NCBI GenBank assembly: GCA_002269645.1
Contig: NIVC01001661.1
Span: 62,001-126,000, forward strand
DNA length: 64,000 nucleotides
Reading direction: 5' to 3'
Source: Macrostomum lignano
Lineage: Eukaryota
Shown: positions 31,771-45,437 of the stretch, piece by piece
Numbering within the stretch: the stretch's first letter is position 1
How the letters are laid out: each line of letters opens with the position of its first letter
The notes under the pieces: model-generated
What the model was told of the DNA's origin: nothing
Databases searched by the model: none
Seen by the model: the letters and a program-made list of their open reading frames with translations, nothing else
Made by a program: the position numbers and the translations under genes

Positions 31771-34700
31771 TAGCTAGTTTATTTTCCATTATTTTCAAAT
31801 ATGATATTTTAGACTATCAAATTTTAATAGCCTTTTATCAATACCTAGTGCACTTTTAGAATTTTCTAAAGTGCAGTGCATGTGCTACCCTTTCCTGCTG
31901 GCTGCTGCTATGAGTATATATGAATAGCTAGGTGGATGCAGGAATGTACTGGACAAAGGCATAGGTACAATTAGGACAAAGATGTCAAAAAGCAATGGGA
32001 ATAACAAGGATCTAGGAAATTTACACTTGACTTAATTGGTAAGTTAAAGTTAATTTATTGATTGGATACATTACAATGATGTACATATTGAATTAATAAT
32101 TCAGTAGATATAATTTTTTATATAATAACTAAAACATAACTTGATAATTTAATACTAACATAACTCTACTTATGCTATATTGATCTTGATTTTGAACAAA
32201 TGAAAGTTTTATCAACTAAGTCAACATTAAAGAAGTTAATTGTCAAAAAATGTATTGACAATGTAAACATATATTTACTTGAAAAATAAGTCAATAATTT
32301 GTCCTCATATTGTGTCTCAACTTTTTTACTTAACTTTGACAACTTGTGTCTAATTTGATAGGTTTATTCTTCTAATCTTTGAAAATTTATTTTATGTAGC
32401 TTTTTTCTAAGAACTCTCTATTTTATAATTGACATTGTATTGTGCTGGGCCTAAAGGGCAGTTTGCATCATATAATAGGAGTTGCTTATTTCTTCAAGTT
32501 ATTTTTTGCAGTGTAGTTAATGATAGTTGTAGTTGTAGTTTAAACTATATTGCAAAGTGAACTCATTGAAAAAAAGAAACACAATTGAAAACATCAAAGG
32601 CCAAAGCTTATAAAAAGTATTGCATAAAAGGAAATGTCACAAAAAGAAGCTGTTACATATTTTAAATATAGAGTTAAAGTGGGGCACTAGCCCTACCACT
32701 TATTGCTTCTAGAAAGCAGCTCTTGAGCCCATGACTACTCTTACTAACTAAATGTCTTGTTGAGTCTGTTGAGCTCAAGTTGCTATTAAGTATTGATGAT
32801 CATACAGACATTTTCTAGCTTGAATTTGGAATAAGAACCAGTATATAGAACTTTTGCATCAACAAGCTAAGGTTTGTCACTGCAGTTATATTGTTGTTTT
32901 TCAGATCTCTTCCTAAGGGGGGCAATTGCCTTACTCCCTTGGTTGAGCCACTGACAAGGAGCACTCTAGTTAGATGAAACCCTTGAACTAAGAAACCACT
33001 TAGCATGGTGCCTGCCTCTATTGGTTTTTTCTATGCCAGAAACAGTAAAGCAAATTTCTAAAAATTGCTTTGCTGCCAGATAAAAATGGCTCTAAAAATG
33101 GCACAACTGCCTTTGCTCTAATTGAACTGCTAGCAAAATCATGGGCTCTCTGCACTCTAAGCTTTCTGCTGCTTTGGAGATATGAAACCAATTGAAGAGT
33201 AGGCCTATATAAGGCTGGCTTAATTTGTCTTAAAACTTAATATTTTAATTGAAGTGATCTATTTTATTACTTGCTAAATATTATATTATAATAGTATAGC
33301 TAGCATATTCAACTATTGGATGACTCCAATGGGAGGGGATAAATGAAAAAAATATTTTAATGGAAAAAAGTTGATTTTTTTTCTAGAAGGAGAATGACAT
33401 TTTAGTAGTTCAATTATTTTAAAATTCAAATTAGCTTTACCATTATATTCCTTATTTTTGGATTTGGCCATATGTTTATATAAAAACTATAGGTAAGGTA
33501 AAGATCATTCCTGGGAACTAAGTTCTATTCTGTGTTTAGTTTATTAGCAATGTCTGTGAGTAAGTTTGCATCTGCACAGTATACTATATTAGTTTTTTAT
33601 TTTTATTGCAACAGTTGCCTATTATTTTGCCTATTTGCCTATTTTTGTCTATTTTGTCTATTGATTTCATGTAAAATACAACTATTTTTCTAAAAATTAC
33701 AAGAAATTATCTGTGCCTACATAAATAAATATTTTATATTGTTAGTAGTAATTATTTGTTTCAATTAGCAGTCTACAGTATAATCTAGTGCTTTATTAGT
33801 TTAAATGTGTCCGCCATTTTGTTAACAAATCCTATATAAGCAAGAAAATATATTGAGAAAGAAAAGAACCTGCTTCATCCGCTAAGACCTCTGCTAGTCT
33901 AGTTATTCAGTGGTTGTAACTGAACATTGTTCTAAAAATAGCCCAGTCTTAATCATTTAAAGGCACCCTGCCTCCCCTCTCTAGCGAAGCTTGTATGGCC
34001 AGAAGCGTTCAACCCGTCCTTTCCCCCTCATTCCCTGCTCCCCAGGATGTTTGGTCCTACCCCCGAGTTTTGCTTCTTCCCCTTTCTCCCAGTAGAACTG
34101 GCACCCGCCACTTCTGCCCTTCCCTCCTGTTAGTGGACAGTCTGTCTGCTTAGGTGTACAGCCTTATTCCCTCAGACGTGCAGTCTGCCCCAGCATCCCC
34201 GCTCCTAACCATTCCTTGTAGAAATCTCCCATATTCATTAGGCGGACTGCTTTCTTACCTAATGCTATATTAGATGGTCAGTCTACTTATGCCAGCATTC
34301 CCTGTTAGTTTAAAAATTCCCCATTAGTGCACTTTCCCAGGTAACTCCAATCCATCGCGTAGCCCTTAATTCCCCTCCCTCATCTACATTCCCCGGACTG
34401 AGAAGAAAATTGTGTCTTGCCGCTCAGACACACCATGCCACCAGGAGCAACCTAAGGCTTAATCCTGTTAGTAGTAGTAATAGCATATTTCTTCCCAAAT
34501 ACTAAGAAATTCCTGAAAATCCCTAGCAACCACCCGATCCCTCTTATAGCAAATTAACAAATTTGGTTACAGCAGTATAATTATTAACAAAGAGCCAAGA
34601 GGTCTATCACATTATATACATGTATACTCTTTATTGAAATAGATATATACTTGCATAATAAAGTTAGTTATTAAATTATTATTTGAGTGTATTCTATTGC

Positions 34701-36333
34701 TATTTAGCCAAAAAACAATATCCAAACATAATGTTTATTATTTATATACTGCAGCAATAAGAATTGTTTATCACTAATTAGCTAGCAAAAAAACTTTAGC
34801 TACTATGCAATATCTATATATTTATAGGCAATTATAACTTTAAAAAAGAAAATAATTGATAGTAGGAAAATAAATGTCAACAAAAACATACGCATATACG
34901 CATTGGCTAGAATTAAACAAAGTTTACTTTTTATGTTTTTGTTGATGTTTATTTTCCTATTTGTTAGACAAGCTACACTTCCACAAAAATAATTGAATAT
35001 GACTAACATTCTAGATTTTGAAAGAAACTACTTTTTGCGATTTAAAAATCTTTGTATATATATTGTATATAGGCTTAAAATGAAAACTTTTTGATTTAAA
35101 AAAATAAATATATTATTTTTTACTTTTGTCACTTTTTGTAGAGAGTCAACATGTTAATTTGGTATACAATTGGCAAGAAGTATATACATTTGATTTGACC
35201 AAGATTGGTAGGCCGCTAGGTCCTACATGGTTTACAATAAGAATGCAAACAAAAATTCCTCTATATGCATTCCAACATACACTTAATTGGCCTATTATAT
35301 TATGATCAAGATCAAAGTATAGGACACCTATATTCTATACTATAGCATACAAAATATTTCAGCTGATTTAATAAATTCATTATTATATATCATACCATAG
35401 ATAGGGCCTAAGTGATAGGCAATATCATTGATCTAATCACTTATAAATAAGTGATAAGTAATATGACTGATAGCCTAATACAATATTGGTAGGCTATCTT
35501 TAAAATCTAAAGATCAAAACAAAAACTGAACATTGCCCTTGGTTGATAAAAATGTAACACTAACAGTATCTTAAAAATTAAATTAAAGGCCAAGGCCCAT
35601 GGCCATGGGCAAAGGGAACAGTTATGTCTGAGTCTACCTGGTTAAGTCATGTAGAATTGTTAATTAACATTGCTTTTGCAACCTGTGACAATTAATATAA
35701 TGAAAATATGGGTTGCTTTGTACATATTTTAGAACAAAGGCTCTTGAATAAGTTTCGTTTAGGTTTAATGTATGGTCTTTTCTATGAACTTTTCTAAGAA
35801 AAGTTTCCAAATCACGTACTGCCTGGACTGAGATACACTACACATCAGCTTAACTAGTTGTTAACATCATCAAGTTGTTGTTGACAAAATATCTGGTTTG
35901 ACTTACTTCTACTTTAATGTTGATATTTAAAGCAGTGTTAATTTTAATGCTATTGTCTGTTTCTGTTCTTTAATTACTTTCGCAATTTTTTAATCTACAA
36001 AGTTCTAATTCAATTTATTTGTTTGTGTCGTGCCGTGTAGTTGTCAATAAAAGAACTTAAGGTTTATTTCTAATTTGCAAGTTAGCCTATTTTATTAGTG
36101 ACATGAGCAGCGGGCTAAGAGAACACCGAAATAGAGTCACGTGATTACAATAAACAACGAATATATGGAAACTTAGGGGTAGCTATGGCCAGTCAGAGCG
36201 AGGGGAGTTATGCATAATAAAAGTTAGTTAGCTAGTGCGTGCACACTAGAGCTCAGGCTCAGCTATTCAGCACCACAGTTTGTTTGCGTGCGCACGCACG
36301 CTGGGCCAGTATATGGTTATCGTCCTTGGTCCT

Positions 36334-36459
36334 GAGGCGCAGCTGCTGCGCAAGGCCTACGCGTGGACCAACTGGCCCGACTCATCAAAAACCGGGCGCG
36401 GATTAATTACTTAGTAGACCAATGGCCTACGTTAGAGGAATTAATCTCTAAAGAACAGA
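36334..36459 (-). pseudogene. U2: Degenerate U2 snRNA 3' half joined to ~18 nt of retrotransposon 3' terminus
   Basis: Matches the 45438-45589 copy but with deletions in stems III/IV; followed on + by gcgaagaaggccctgccc. Confidence 0.85.
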
Positions 36460-36495
36460 GCGAAGAAGGCCCTGCCCAGTTGATAGAATTAGTTT

Positions 36496-37478
36496 GATGC
36501 CAGCCCTGAGTCTGAGCCCCAGGTTGAGGGTTCAGGTGCTTCTCCCATTTTTTATTCCTTTGTATTTTAGCTTTGTGCTTTTATCCCCGGCCTCGAAGCC
36601 ATCCAATCTTTGGAGTAATGAGCTCTGCCCTCCCTGCCTGGTTCATCTTGCTTGCCTTGGTCCATCTGCTGGCTCCTCTGGTAGTCTCCCTGCTTATTGT
36701 GTCTTGGCTCTCATCACTGACTGTTGGATTGGAGTCCTGGGGAATAAGTTCGTCCCGAATCGCGGAATACCGGCTGAGTCCGGGTTCCTCTTGCCCCTGG
36801 TGCCCCTCTCCGACCCCTTGGCCTGGCCCTTATTGAGCTGGATAGCGAAAAAGCCTTGAGGCTCGCAGCACTGTAGGTAGACGGTCTTCCTGCTTGACAG
36901 GAGACTCGCCCTTGGCAATAAGCTTCTAGACTCGCTCCAATAGATAAGCCCTATTCCACAGACTTAGGATATTCCCTCTCTCGGACCGCTTACATTCTCC
37001 AATACTGTTTAAAGCTGGGTAGTGAAAAAGCCCTGTGGTTCGCAGCCCTATAGGAGGTCTTGCAATAATCTACTCTTGATAATCTACTCTTAATCTACTC
37101 TGCCTTAGTAAATAAGCTGCCCAGACTCTCCAATCTAAAGCACTACTTCCGTAGACTTTGTGGTTTCCCCACTCTCGGACCACGCTTTCTAAACTCCAAT
37201 CTTTTTGCGCGCACTCCCGGGTCTTGTCGTTGGGGGGTGGCTTGGGTGGACTCGGTCTTAGCACCGTCCCTGATTCCACCTTGGGTTGGCGGTGTCTTAG
37301 TCCATAGGCTTGAGCTAGTAGCCCCAATTAGGTATGTCCAGGCCTTTAGGCCCTGGTCCCAATCGTGGCCTCTCGGGCTATATGCCCCTGGCAGTATGGC
37401 CCACTGGTAGATCCCAGCGGCAGAGCCCTACTTGGGCTGATCCGCGGGGCCCCTGGCTTCCCACCCTCGATTAACAAC
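36496..37478. repeat. ~1-kb dispersed repeat, copy 1 (diverged partner at 38911-39870)
   Basis: Shared blocks such as ggttcctcttgc..gctggatagcgaaaaagccttgaggctcgcagc, with internal subrepeats. Confidence 0.85.
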
Positions 37479-37642
37479 AACAAAGACGGTATCTGACTGT
37501 TTTTACCTGTAGAGTATTCTGCCTCCCTCAAAAATCCGTAAAAAAGGTTAACATACTACTTATACATTTTTATTCAGTAGTAAGACAAGTAGCATGTATA
37601 AAATTAAGTACTGAATCACAAGTATATTCTAGTCAGCCAACC

Positions 37643-38660
37643 ACAAGAGAGTAAAGTCGAACATGTTATTTTTTGCAACCGACCAATCATGCGTGACATA
37701 CAATTGTCAAGTTAAACCCCATATGCGATTCATCATTGGTCACGTGCGACCTACATTTGTCAGTTCAAACCCCACCTACGATTCATCATTTGGCTTGCAC
37801 CCGGATGAACCAATCAAAGGCTACCAGGTACGATAACCAATCATGCGCTTTTACAGTAGACTAGTTGCGCAATTTTCTGTCCTGCCATGCTTGACAGCCA
37901 CCAAAATATGACCAGTTGACATTTACGAAAAAGGTGATGGACGACCTCGAGAGAGGTCCATTTGCCTATAAATACAAGTGGTCCGAAGCGGACCCAGAGC
38001 CAAGAAATCCTCCGGAAGGAGAAGAGCTCCGAAGAGGAAGCCTCAACAGGACTTCCTGAAGCCCAAGTCAAACGAGACTCGGCTGAATTCTTGCGGTAAG
38101 CCTTACTCATTTGCGCCTGTTGTTGAGACGTCTCATTTGAGTTTAGTTTGAGTCTGTTGAGACTCTTGGGTCTATTTAGACTCCATTGGTTGCAGTCTCC
38201 AGAAGGACTGCTCTGATAGATCTTAGAAGACTATCAGTGATTACCGGAGCATTACCTAGAGTGCATTAAGTCACTGCTAGAAGGAGAAGGCTTATTTGAT
38301 ACCGCAGTTTGGCGCAGGGATCCCATTGTTAATTGGAAGCTTCCTATCGGTCTACACGACAGATACCGGCTAACGAGAAATTCAGCAGCAACCGTTGTTC
38401 AGGAATCAACGCTAAGGATCCGGATCCAGATCGAAAAGACTGTAAGAGTCTAATCCAGAGAAACCAAGCTCAAGAAAGAGATCTACTCAAGGACGAGATT
38501 TACTGACCAGGAGTCAAGGTAATAAATACCTTCATTTGAATACTGGGTTGCCTAGCTAAGTGCTAGAAGTGATTGTTCCTTGATTACAGAGAAAGTCTGG
38601 TCATAAGGAACACATCATACCCCGGCTGCCTCTCTGGCGGCATTTCTCGGGTTGTGGACA
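37643..38660 (+). other. LTR-like / promoter-like segment
   Basis: Several ccaatca boxes, TATAAATA near 37966, GGTAAG near 38095, AATAAA at 38521, possible TG...CA ends; no TSD or PBS found. Confidence 0.3.
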
Positions 38661-38910
38661 ATCCAATTGGCCTATTGTTCAATAGCCCAATTAATCAGAG
38701 TCCTCACCGGAGGTGATGTACTCATCTAAAAATAACCCTTTCTTTCAAAATAGATTTTTCGGCCCTCGGCCTTGGTTTAGGGGGGGGGGGTGTACCTGGA
38801 GTGAGTTGGAATTCTGGACTACAGTATGGCTAGAACAGGACTTGAGCCCCCTGGTCGCATCCGCCCTGCAGGAAAGACGACCATTCACAAAAGTGTACGG
38901 TAGAGCCCAG

Positions 38911-39870
38911 TTATGCCAGCCCCGAGGCTGAGCCCCTGAGGTTGTGTGATCCTCCCCAGCTTTATCTCCCCATGTTTTAGCCCTTGGTTTTATCTTGTCA
39001 CTGGAGCCACCCAAAATTCGGAGTTGAAGGTCTCGCCTCGGTGAGCGCGCTCCACAGCCTCGGTCCACCTGCTGTCTCTTCTGGAAGTTCCCTGCCTTTG
39101 TGTCTTGGCTCTCATCTCTGACAGTGGACTAGAGTCCCGGGGAAGAGTTCGTCCGGCTGAGTCCGGGTTCCTCTTGCTCCTTGTGCCCCTCTCCAACCCC
39201 TTGGCCTGGCCTTTATACTGAGCTGGATAGCGAAAAAGCCTTGAGGCTCGCAGCCCTATAGGTAGTTTTGGTCACCTGCCTGATAGGAGACTCGCCCATC
39301 GCAATAATCTTCCCGACTCGCTCCAATAGATAAGCCTTTTCCGTAGACTAGGATATTTCCTCTCTCGGACCGCTTAAGCATTCTCCAATTGTTTAGAGCT
39401 GGTTAGTGAAAAAGCCTTGAGGCTCGCAGCCCCATAGGAGGAGCTTTGTGCAATTCGGCCTTCTGATAGGAGACTCGCCCTTGGTAAATAAGCTGCCCAG
39501 ATTCGCTCCAATCTAAAGCCTTTTCCGTAGACTTCGGGGTTTTCCCCACTCTCAGACCGCTTTTCCAAAATTTGGGAAAATTTTTGCGCGCACACTTGGG
39601 TTTTGTCGTTGGGGGGGGGGGATGGCTTGAGTGGACTCGGTCCTAGCACCGTCCCTGATTCCACTATGGGTTGGCGGTGTCTTAGTCCATAGGCTTGGGC
39701 TAGTAGCACCAATTAAGATGTTTTTCCAGGCCATGAGTCCTGGTCTCAACCTGGGCCGCTCGGGCTTTATGCCCCTGGTAGATAGGCCCCTGTAATCCAG
39801 CGGCAGAGCCCCTCCCCGGGCTGATTCGCGGGCAGCACACAGCACTGCTTCCTACCCTCGTTTCACAACA
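38911..39870. repeat. ~1-kb dispersed repeat, copy 2
   Basis: Colinear with 36496-37478; abuts the ORF end of the subfamily C element. Confidence 0.85.
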
Positions 39871-42690
39871 AGCTTGGAGACTGCGGGCGACCAGCCGAAG
39901 GCATAGGAAGGTCGGGTGCGTAAGAAAGTTTGCGGTGCACCCGTACAGTGCTCTCACCCACGTATTGCGGCTCCAGTGGATGCAATGGAGCGCAAGCTGA
40001 CGCTGAAGGCTGCGGATGACGCTCTCGGCGAGCCCGACAGCACGCAGGATAGTGTTGTTGTGCGGTGACAAAGAGCCAAGCGCACGACACACACCCTCCA
40101 AGAAGGGACTCCCACTGACATGAGCAACCAGTCAGAGCCCCGGGGGCCCCTGGACTCAGGCCTTAAATGGGAACGACCAATGGTCCGCACAAGCACAGAC
40201 CTTCCGAAGATACGCCGCCCGCCCAGCCAGACAACCTCGTTCGTGTCCTGCGCCTCCGCGGCCAGCGGGGAAGACAAGGACATCACAAGACACAGACGCG
40301 GCAAATGTAAGGGCCGTAGGTGTGTCTGCGGCAAGCGTAATTCTCGAGATGGCGCGGTATTTTCGCGAGTAGGTAGCCGGGCCGGTCTCCGTGTTTTGAC
40401 TTCGATCAGCATGTGCCGTCTTCGGGCCGGGTCATCCATGCTGATTTTGGGACGTAGGCCAGAGCCAGCAGCACATCTTGGTCGCTGAGCAACGTCGCAG
40501 TCGCGCACGCCTTTTGAATGGCGCCCGCGATCGCGCTGACGACGCCGACGTGGTGATCCCTCCGTGGTGCACACGACAGGCGCCAAGGACGTGGCCGAGA
40601 GTCTCCGACTCCGTGCCGCATCGCCTGCAGCGGGCGTCGGCTGTCGGGTCAGCAAGCCGCCGCATCGCATTTTTCGGAATGAGGTTGAGGCGGGTTCGTT
40701 GTACAAAGCGCCAATCACATACGCGCATCCCGGTGCTATTGAACAGCCAAGTGTGTCGGTCGATGTGCATCACCGTCGTCGCGAAGCAGCCCTTGGAGCG
40801 GCATTGGCGCCATGCGGCCGTGTGCGCCGATCGGACAACCTCGTGCAGCTTGCACGTAGCCGCGCTGATCCGGTGGAGCTGCTCGACCGCCCCAGACAGC
40901 GGGTGCCGCCACTCCAAACGCAGAGTCCAGTTTTGTTCGATGGGGAGCTTCAGGTCGAGCGGCTGCAGGACCTCTCGGACAGCGTGGCGCACTTGAAACC
41001 ACCAGATGGATGTCTCACCGCTTGGTGGTAGCGTCGCGCCATTCAGGAAGTCGGTGACGTCACGGTAGCTCGGTCGAGGCAATGTCGCGCAGTATCTCGT
41101 CGCTGCCTTCTGGATGGCGGCTTCCTCTTTGAGCAGCGGCAGCCCAAGGCCACCATGGAGCTTGTCGGCGTAAAGGTAGTCGACCGTCGACTCCGCTGAC
41201 AGGTAGGCGACGCGCCGGATGATCTGGCGTGCCCTCTCGTCATAGCCCTACTCCACGCGCTGTCGGCCTTGCAACTTGCGTCGCTGGTTGCCCAGCAGCG
41301 TCCAGTCGGCGTCGCGTAGCCTGAGATGAAAAGGCAGGCGGGAGACCACAAAGGTGCGGTAAGCGTTCAGCTTTTGCCATTGCAGGAGGTCACAGTTCGC
41401 CACCGCTGTGAGCTCTCGGAGCGCCCGCTCGAGTAAGGCGCCAACAGACGCAGAACGTCGTTCACCTGCCGGGACGCCCAGGTACTCGTAAGTCTCGTCC
41501 TCGGTAAGGTTCCGGATGGGGCCCGCAGCGACCTGTAGATCCGCCTCCTCGGCCGGGCCGCCGTTGATGGTAACGCGGCCGCACTTGCCCGGGTTGATGG
41601 TGAGGCCTGCCCAGTCTGCTGCCTTGTCAACCGCCGCGACCACGCGCCGAAGAGCGGCCCCGCTGCTCGTGACGAACGCCGCGTCATCAGCGTACGCAAG
41701 GCTGAGCTGATGGTGTCCATGCAGTAGGTAGCCGTCGACAGGATCCGGCGCACGAAGGAGGGGCTCCATGCATAACGCGAAAAGGACTCCCGAGAGGGGG
41801 CAGCCCTGGCGCACTCCGCTTTCAACCGGAATATCGGGGGTGACGCGGTCTTCGCCGGCATGTATAGCGGTCACGTTCTCCGCGGAAATGTCCCAAAAGA
41901 GCGCTAAGGTGTCTCCGTCCATTTCCGCCCGCTCCAGGGATCCAAATAGCAGGTCGTGAGGCACACTGGTGAAGGCGTCACGGAGGTCTAGGAAGGCAGC
42001 GTCCAGCGTCACCTTGCGGCGTCATGCGTCGTCGCGGCAGGCGCGCAGCACGTAGTTGTGGTCGGCGAAACCTTCATAGTGGAGGCCTCCGCGCTGCCTC
42101 GGGCTGATGAGCTCCGCCAAAGTCGCCCATTGTAGAACACGCTCGATTAGAACCGCCGCAAAGATTTTATTGATGGTGTCCAGCAGAGTTATTGGGCGCC
42201 ATTTGGATAGGTCAGATTCCTGCCCGGCCTCATACCTGTCCGGCTTTTTGAATAGTAACACCGTGCGGTACCGTTTTCAGGTTGACATCTGCTGGAGTAA
42301 TTGGCTCCGCCGTAAAGGTGTCGCGGCAAGCAGGAGCGGGCCGGTGGGCGGTCGGGCAGTCTTGTAGCCCACGATCTGCATAGCGTTGTCGAAAGTCGGT
42401 GTCGATGTCCGCAATGGGCACAGCGCATTCAATGCGCAATGTTCCGCATCGCGCGCTTTCGATTTTTTTGCGTAGCGAGCCGCCAGACTGGTATTGGGAG
42501 AACCACACCGTCCGTGAGGCCCTCCACAACCGCGGCGCTCATCCGGGACAGCGGTGGCAACGAGGGAGTCGCAGGCCGTGCAAAACTCAGGCCATGCTCG
42601 CTCGTCGTCCTCAGGCAGGTCGTTGAGGGCAGCGCAGCAGAGTTCGGCTGGCGTCAAGCCGGCTGCCGACGACTCATCAAAGCCGACGAC
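39871..42690 (-). mobile_element. Utopia-like RLE non-LTR retrotransposon, diverged subfamily C, frameshifted and 5'-truncated
   Basis: Fragmented ORFs with WRPITLLD, DLRDAF, GVRQGCPLSG, YADD, CRRCG..ETLGHV and IEVK motifs. Confidence 0.9.
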
Positions 42691-42699
42691 GAACCAAAT

Positions 42700-43006
42700 C
42701 TTGTAGCTCCGTCCAGGCAATGTCGCGCAAGATCTCATCGCTGCCTCCAAGACGCTTTAGCGCCTCGACAACCTTCTGAATGGCGGCTTCTTCTTTAAGC
42801 AGGGGCAGTCCGAGACCACTGTGACGCTTGTCGGCGTAAAGGTAGTCAATCGTCGACTCTGCTGGCAGGTGGCAGGTGGGCCCTCTCATCAAAGCCCAGC
42901 TCCGCACGCTGCCGTTCTTGCAACTTGCACCGCTGATTGCCCAGTAGCGTTCAATCGGCGTCGCGTAGTCTGAGATGGAAGGGCAGGCAGGAGACAACAA
43001 GTTAAA
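42700..43006 (-). mobile_element. Internal Utopia-like fragment (post-RT region)
   Basis: STIDYLYADKRHSGLGLPLLKEEAAIQKV..., fused to a subfamily A 3' UTR. Confidence 0.8.
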
Positions 43007-45322
43007 CAAAATGCAGAGTGGAAGATAAGTAAAAGAGGTAAAAGTAAAGGTAACAGGGTGGGCTGAGATGAGCAGAGTTTGGCAGAGTTCGGCACAAAAT
43101 CAGTGGATTTGAGGTGCGCCGGTGCAGTGCTCCACCCACGTGTTGCGGCTCCAGTGGATGCAGTGCAGCGCCAGTCGTCGCTGGAGGTGCCGGATGTCGC
43201 GCTCGCGCAGGCCTGCAGCGCGCAGGATGGCGTTGTTGAAGGGCGACCAGGCGCCCAGCGAGCCGATGCAGAAAGTGGCCAGGGCCGTTGGTGCCTCTGC
43301 GCTGAGCTGCTGCGTGATGCCGGCGTACTTCTGGCATACGGCTCGGTGCTTGCGTGGGAACGTGGCCGGCCCGACCTCGAACGGCGACTTGACTTCGATC
43401 AGGAGGCGGCGGCCTCTGTCTGGATCCATGATGCTGATGTCAGGTCGCAGTTCAGAGCCGGGAAGGACCTCCTGGTCGGTGGTGATGGTCGCGTTTGGAC
43501 GGGCCTCGCTGATGGCGGTGGCGACGGCGTTGACGATGCCGTCGTGGCGGTCTCTCTACCTGGCCGCGTGCACCGGGCAGCTGTTGATGACGTGGCCGAG
43601 CGTCTCGAAGCCGGCTCCGCAGCGGCGGCATCGCGGGTCGGATGTCGGGTCGGCCAGTCTCCGGAGTGCGTTGGTGGGCACCAGGTTGAGCCGCGCTCGG
43701 TGGATGAAGCGCCAGTCGCAGGCGCGCATGCCGGTGCTGCTGAACAGCCAGGTGTGGCTGCCGATGTGCGTGGCAGTCGTGGCGAATCGGCCTTGGGAGT
43801 GGCACCCGCGCCAGGCCGCCGTGTGCGCTGCCCTGACCGCCTGGTGAAGCCTCCGGGTGATTGCTGCCGCTCTGTCGCATCGCTGGATAGTTCCGGACAG
43901 CGGGTCGCGCCACTCCAGGCTGGCCGTCCAGTCGTTGCTGATGGTGAAGCGCAGCCCGGTCGCGTGGAGCACTTCGCGGGTGGCGTGGCGGACTTGGAAC
44001 CACCAGCTGGCCGTTTCTCCGCTGGGTGGCAGTGCTGCGCCATTGAGGAAGTCGGCGACGTCGCGAGGTCAAACAGGTGCAGCCCGGAGCCGTAGGCGGC
44101 GTTGGACCAGGCCGCGCAGTTCGGCCCAGGCTAGCTCTCTGAGCGCGGTTTCGGTGACCTTCTGGACGGCTGCCTCCTCCTTCGCTAGGGACAGGCCAAG
44201 GCCGCGGTGGCATCTGTCGGCGTAGAGGTAGTCTGTCGACGACCGCGTCGGAAGGTAGACGATGCGGTGGAGGATTTGACGTGCGCGCTCGTCGTAGCCC
44301 AGCTCCGCTCTCTGATGGCCTTGCAGTTTGCGCCTTGGGTTGCCGAGCTTCGTCCAGTCGGCGTCGCGCAGGCGGAGGTGGAATGGCAGGCGCGACGCAA
44401 TGAAGGTGTTGTAGGCGTCGAGCTTCTGCCACGGTAGCAGGTCGCTGTTCGCCACGGCCGTCAGGTCGTTGAGCGCGCGTTCCAGCAGCGCCGCCACAGA
44501 TGCAGAGCGGCGTTTGCCAGCCGGCACGCCCAGGTACTCGTAGAATTCGTCCTCTGCGAGCGCCCGGATCGCGCCTGCCTGTACGCGCAGCTGGAAGTCC
44601 TCCCCGTGCCCGCCGTTGATGGTGGGGCGGCCACACTTGTCGGGGTTGATCTCTAGGCCGGCCCAGGCTGCAGCGCGGTCGATCGCTGTCACCCTGCGCT
44701 GCAGGGCCTCGCCGCCGTTGGTTAGGAGCGCAGCGTCGTCCGCGTAGGCAAGGCTGAGTTGCCTGTGCCCAGGAGGTTGTAGCCGTCGGCCTGGTTTGGC
44801 GCACGCAGTAGCGGCTCCATGCAGAGGGCGAACAGCACTCCGGACAGCGGGCAACCTTGCCGAACACCGCTCTCAACGGGGATGTCGGCAGTCGCCTGAT
44901 CAGGGCCGGTGTACACCGCAGTAACGTTGTCGGCGTAGATGTCTTGGATGAGGGCCTGTGTGACTGCGTCTAGGCTGCCTCGCTCGAGCTGGCCGAACAT
45001 GAGGTCATGCAGGACGCTTGTGAAGGCGTCGCGGAGGTCCACGAAGGCGGCGTCGAGGACGGCTTTGCGGCGGCGCGCGTCGTCGCGGCAAGCTCTCAGA
45101 ACATAATTGTGGTCGGCGCAGCCTTCGTACTGGAGTCCGCCACGTTGTTCTGGGCTGATCAGGTCGGCGTCGGACGCCCACCGCGTGACCCGCTCCGCCA
45201 GGATGGCTGCCAGGATCTTGTAGCACGTGTCCAGCAGGGTGATGGGCCGCCATTTGGACAGGTCGGATTCTTGGCCGGCGATGTACCGGTCCGGCTTCTT
45301 GAACAGCAGGATGGTGCGGTAT
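43007..45322 (-). mobile_element. Utopia-like subfamily A copy, truncated at both ends
   Basis: RT through RLE (LRPDI..IEVK) with frameshifts; near-identical to the corresponding part of 45590-49840. Confidence 0.92.
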
Positions 45323-45437
45323 TCTAAGGTATTCTACCTTCTTCCTACCACCCAAAGGACCACTGTACATAGCTATGTACATGTACACTACTACTTGATA
45401 CTACTATGGCTCCGCCTTCAATATTTTAGATATCTTA

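Noticed and set aside
36460-39870. Treating this stretch as a native long 3' UTR or second ORF of subfamily C
   Set aside because: A C-like ORF end at ~50270-50310 is followed by an ordinary short UTR, and the small ORFs here have no recognisable motifs.
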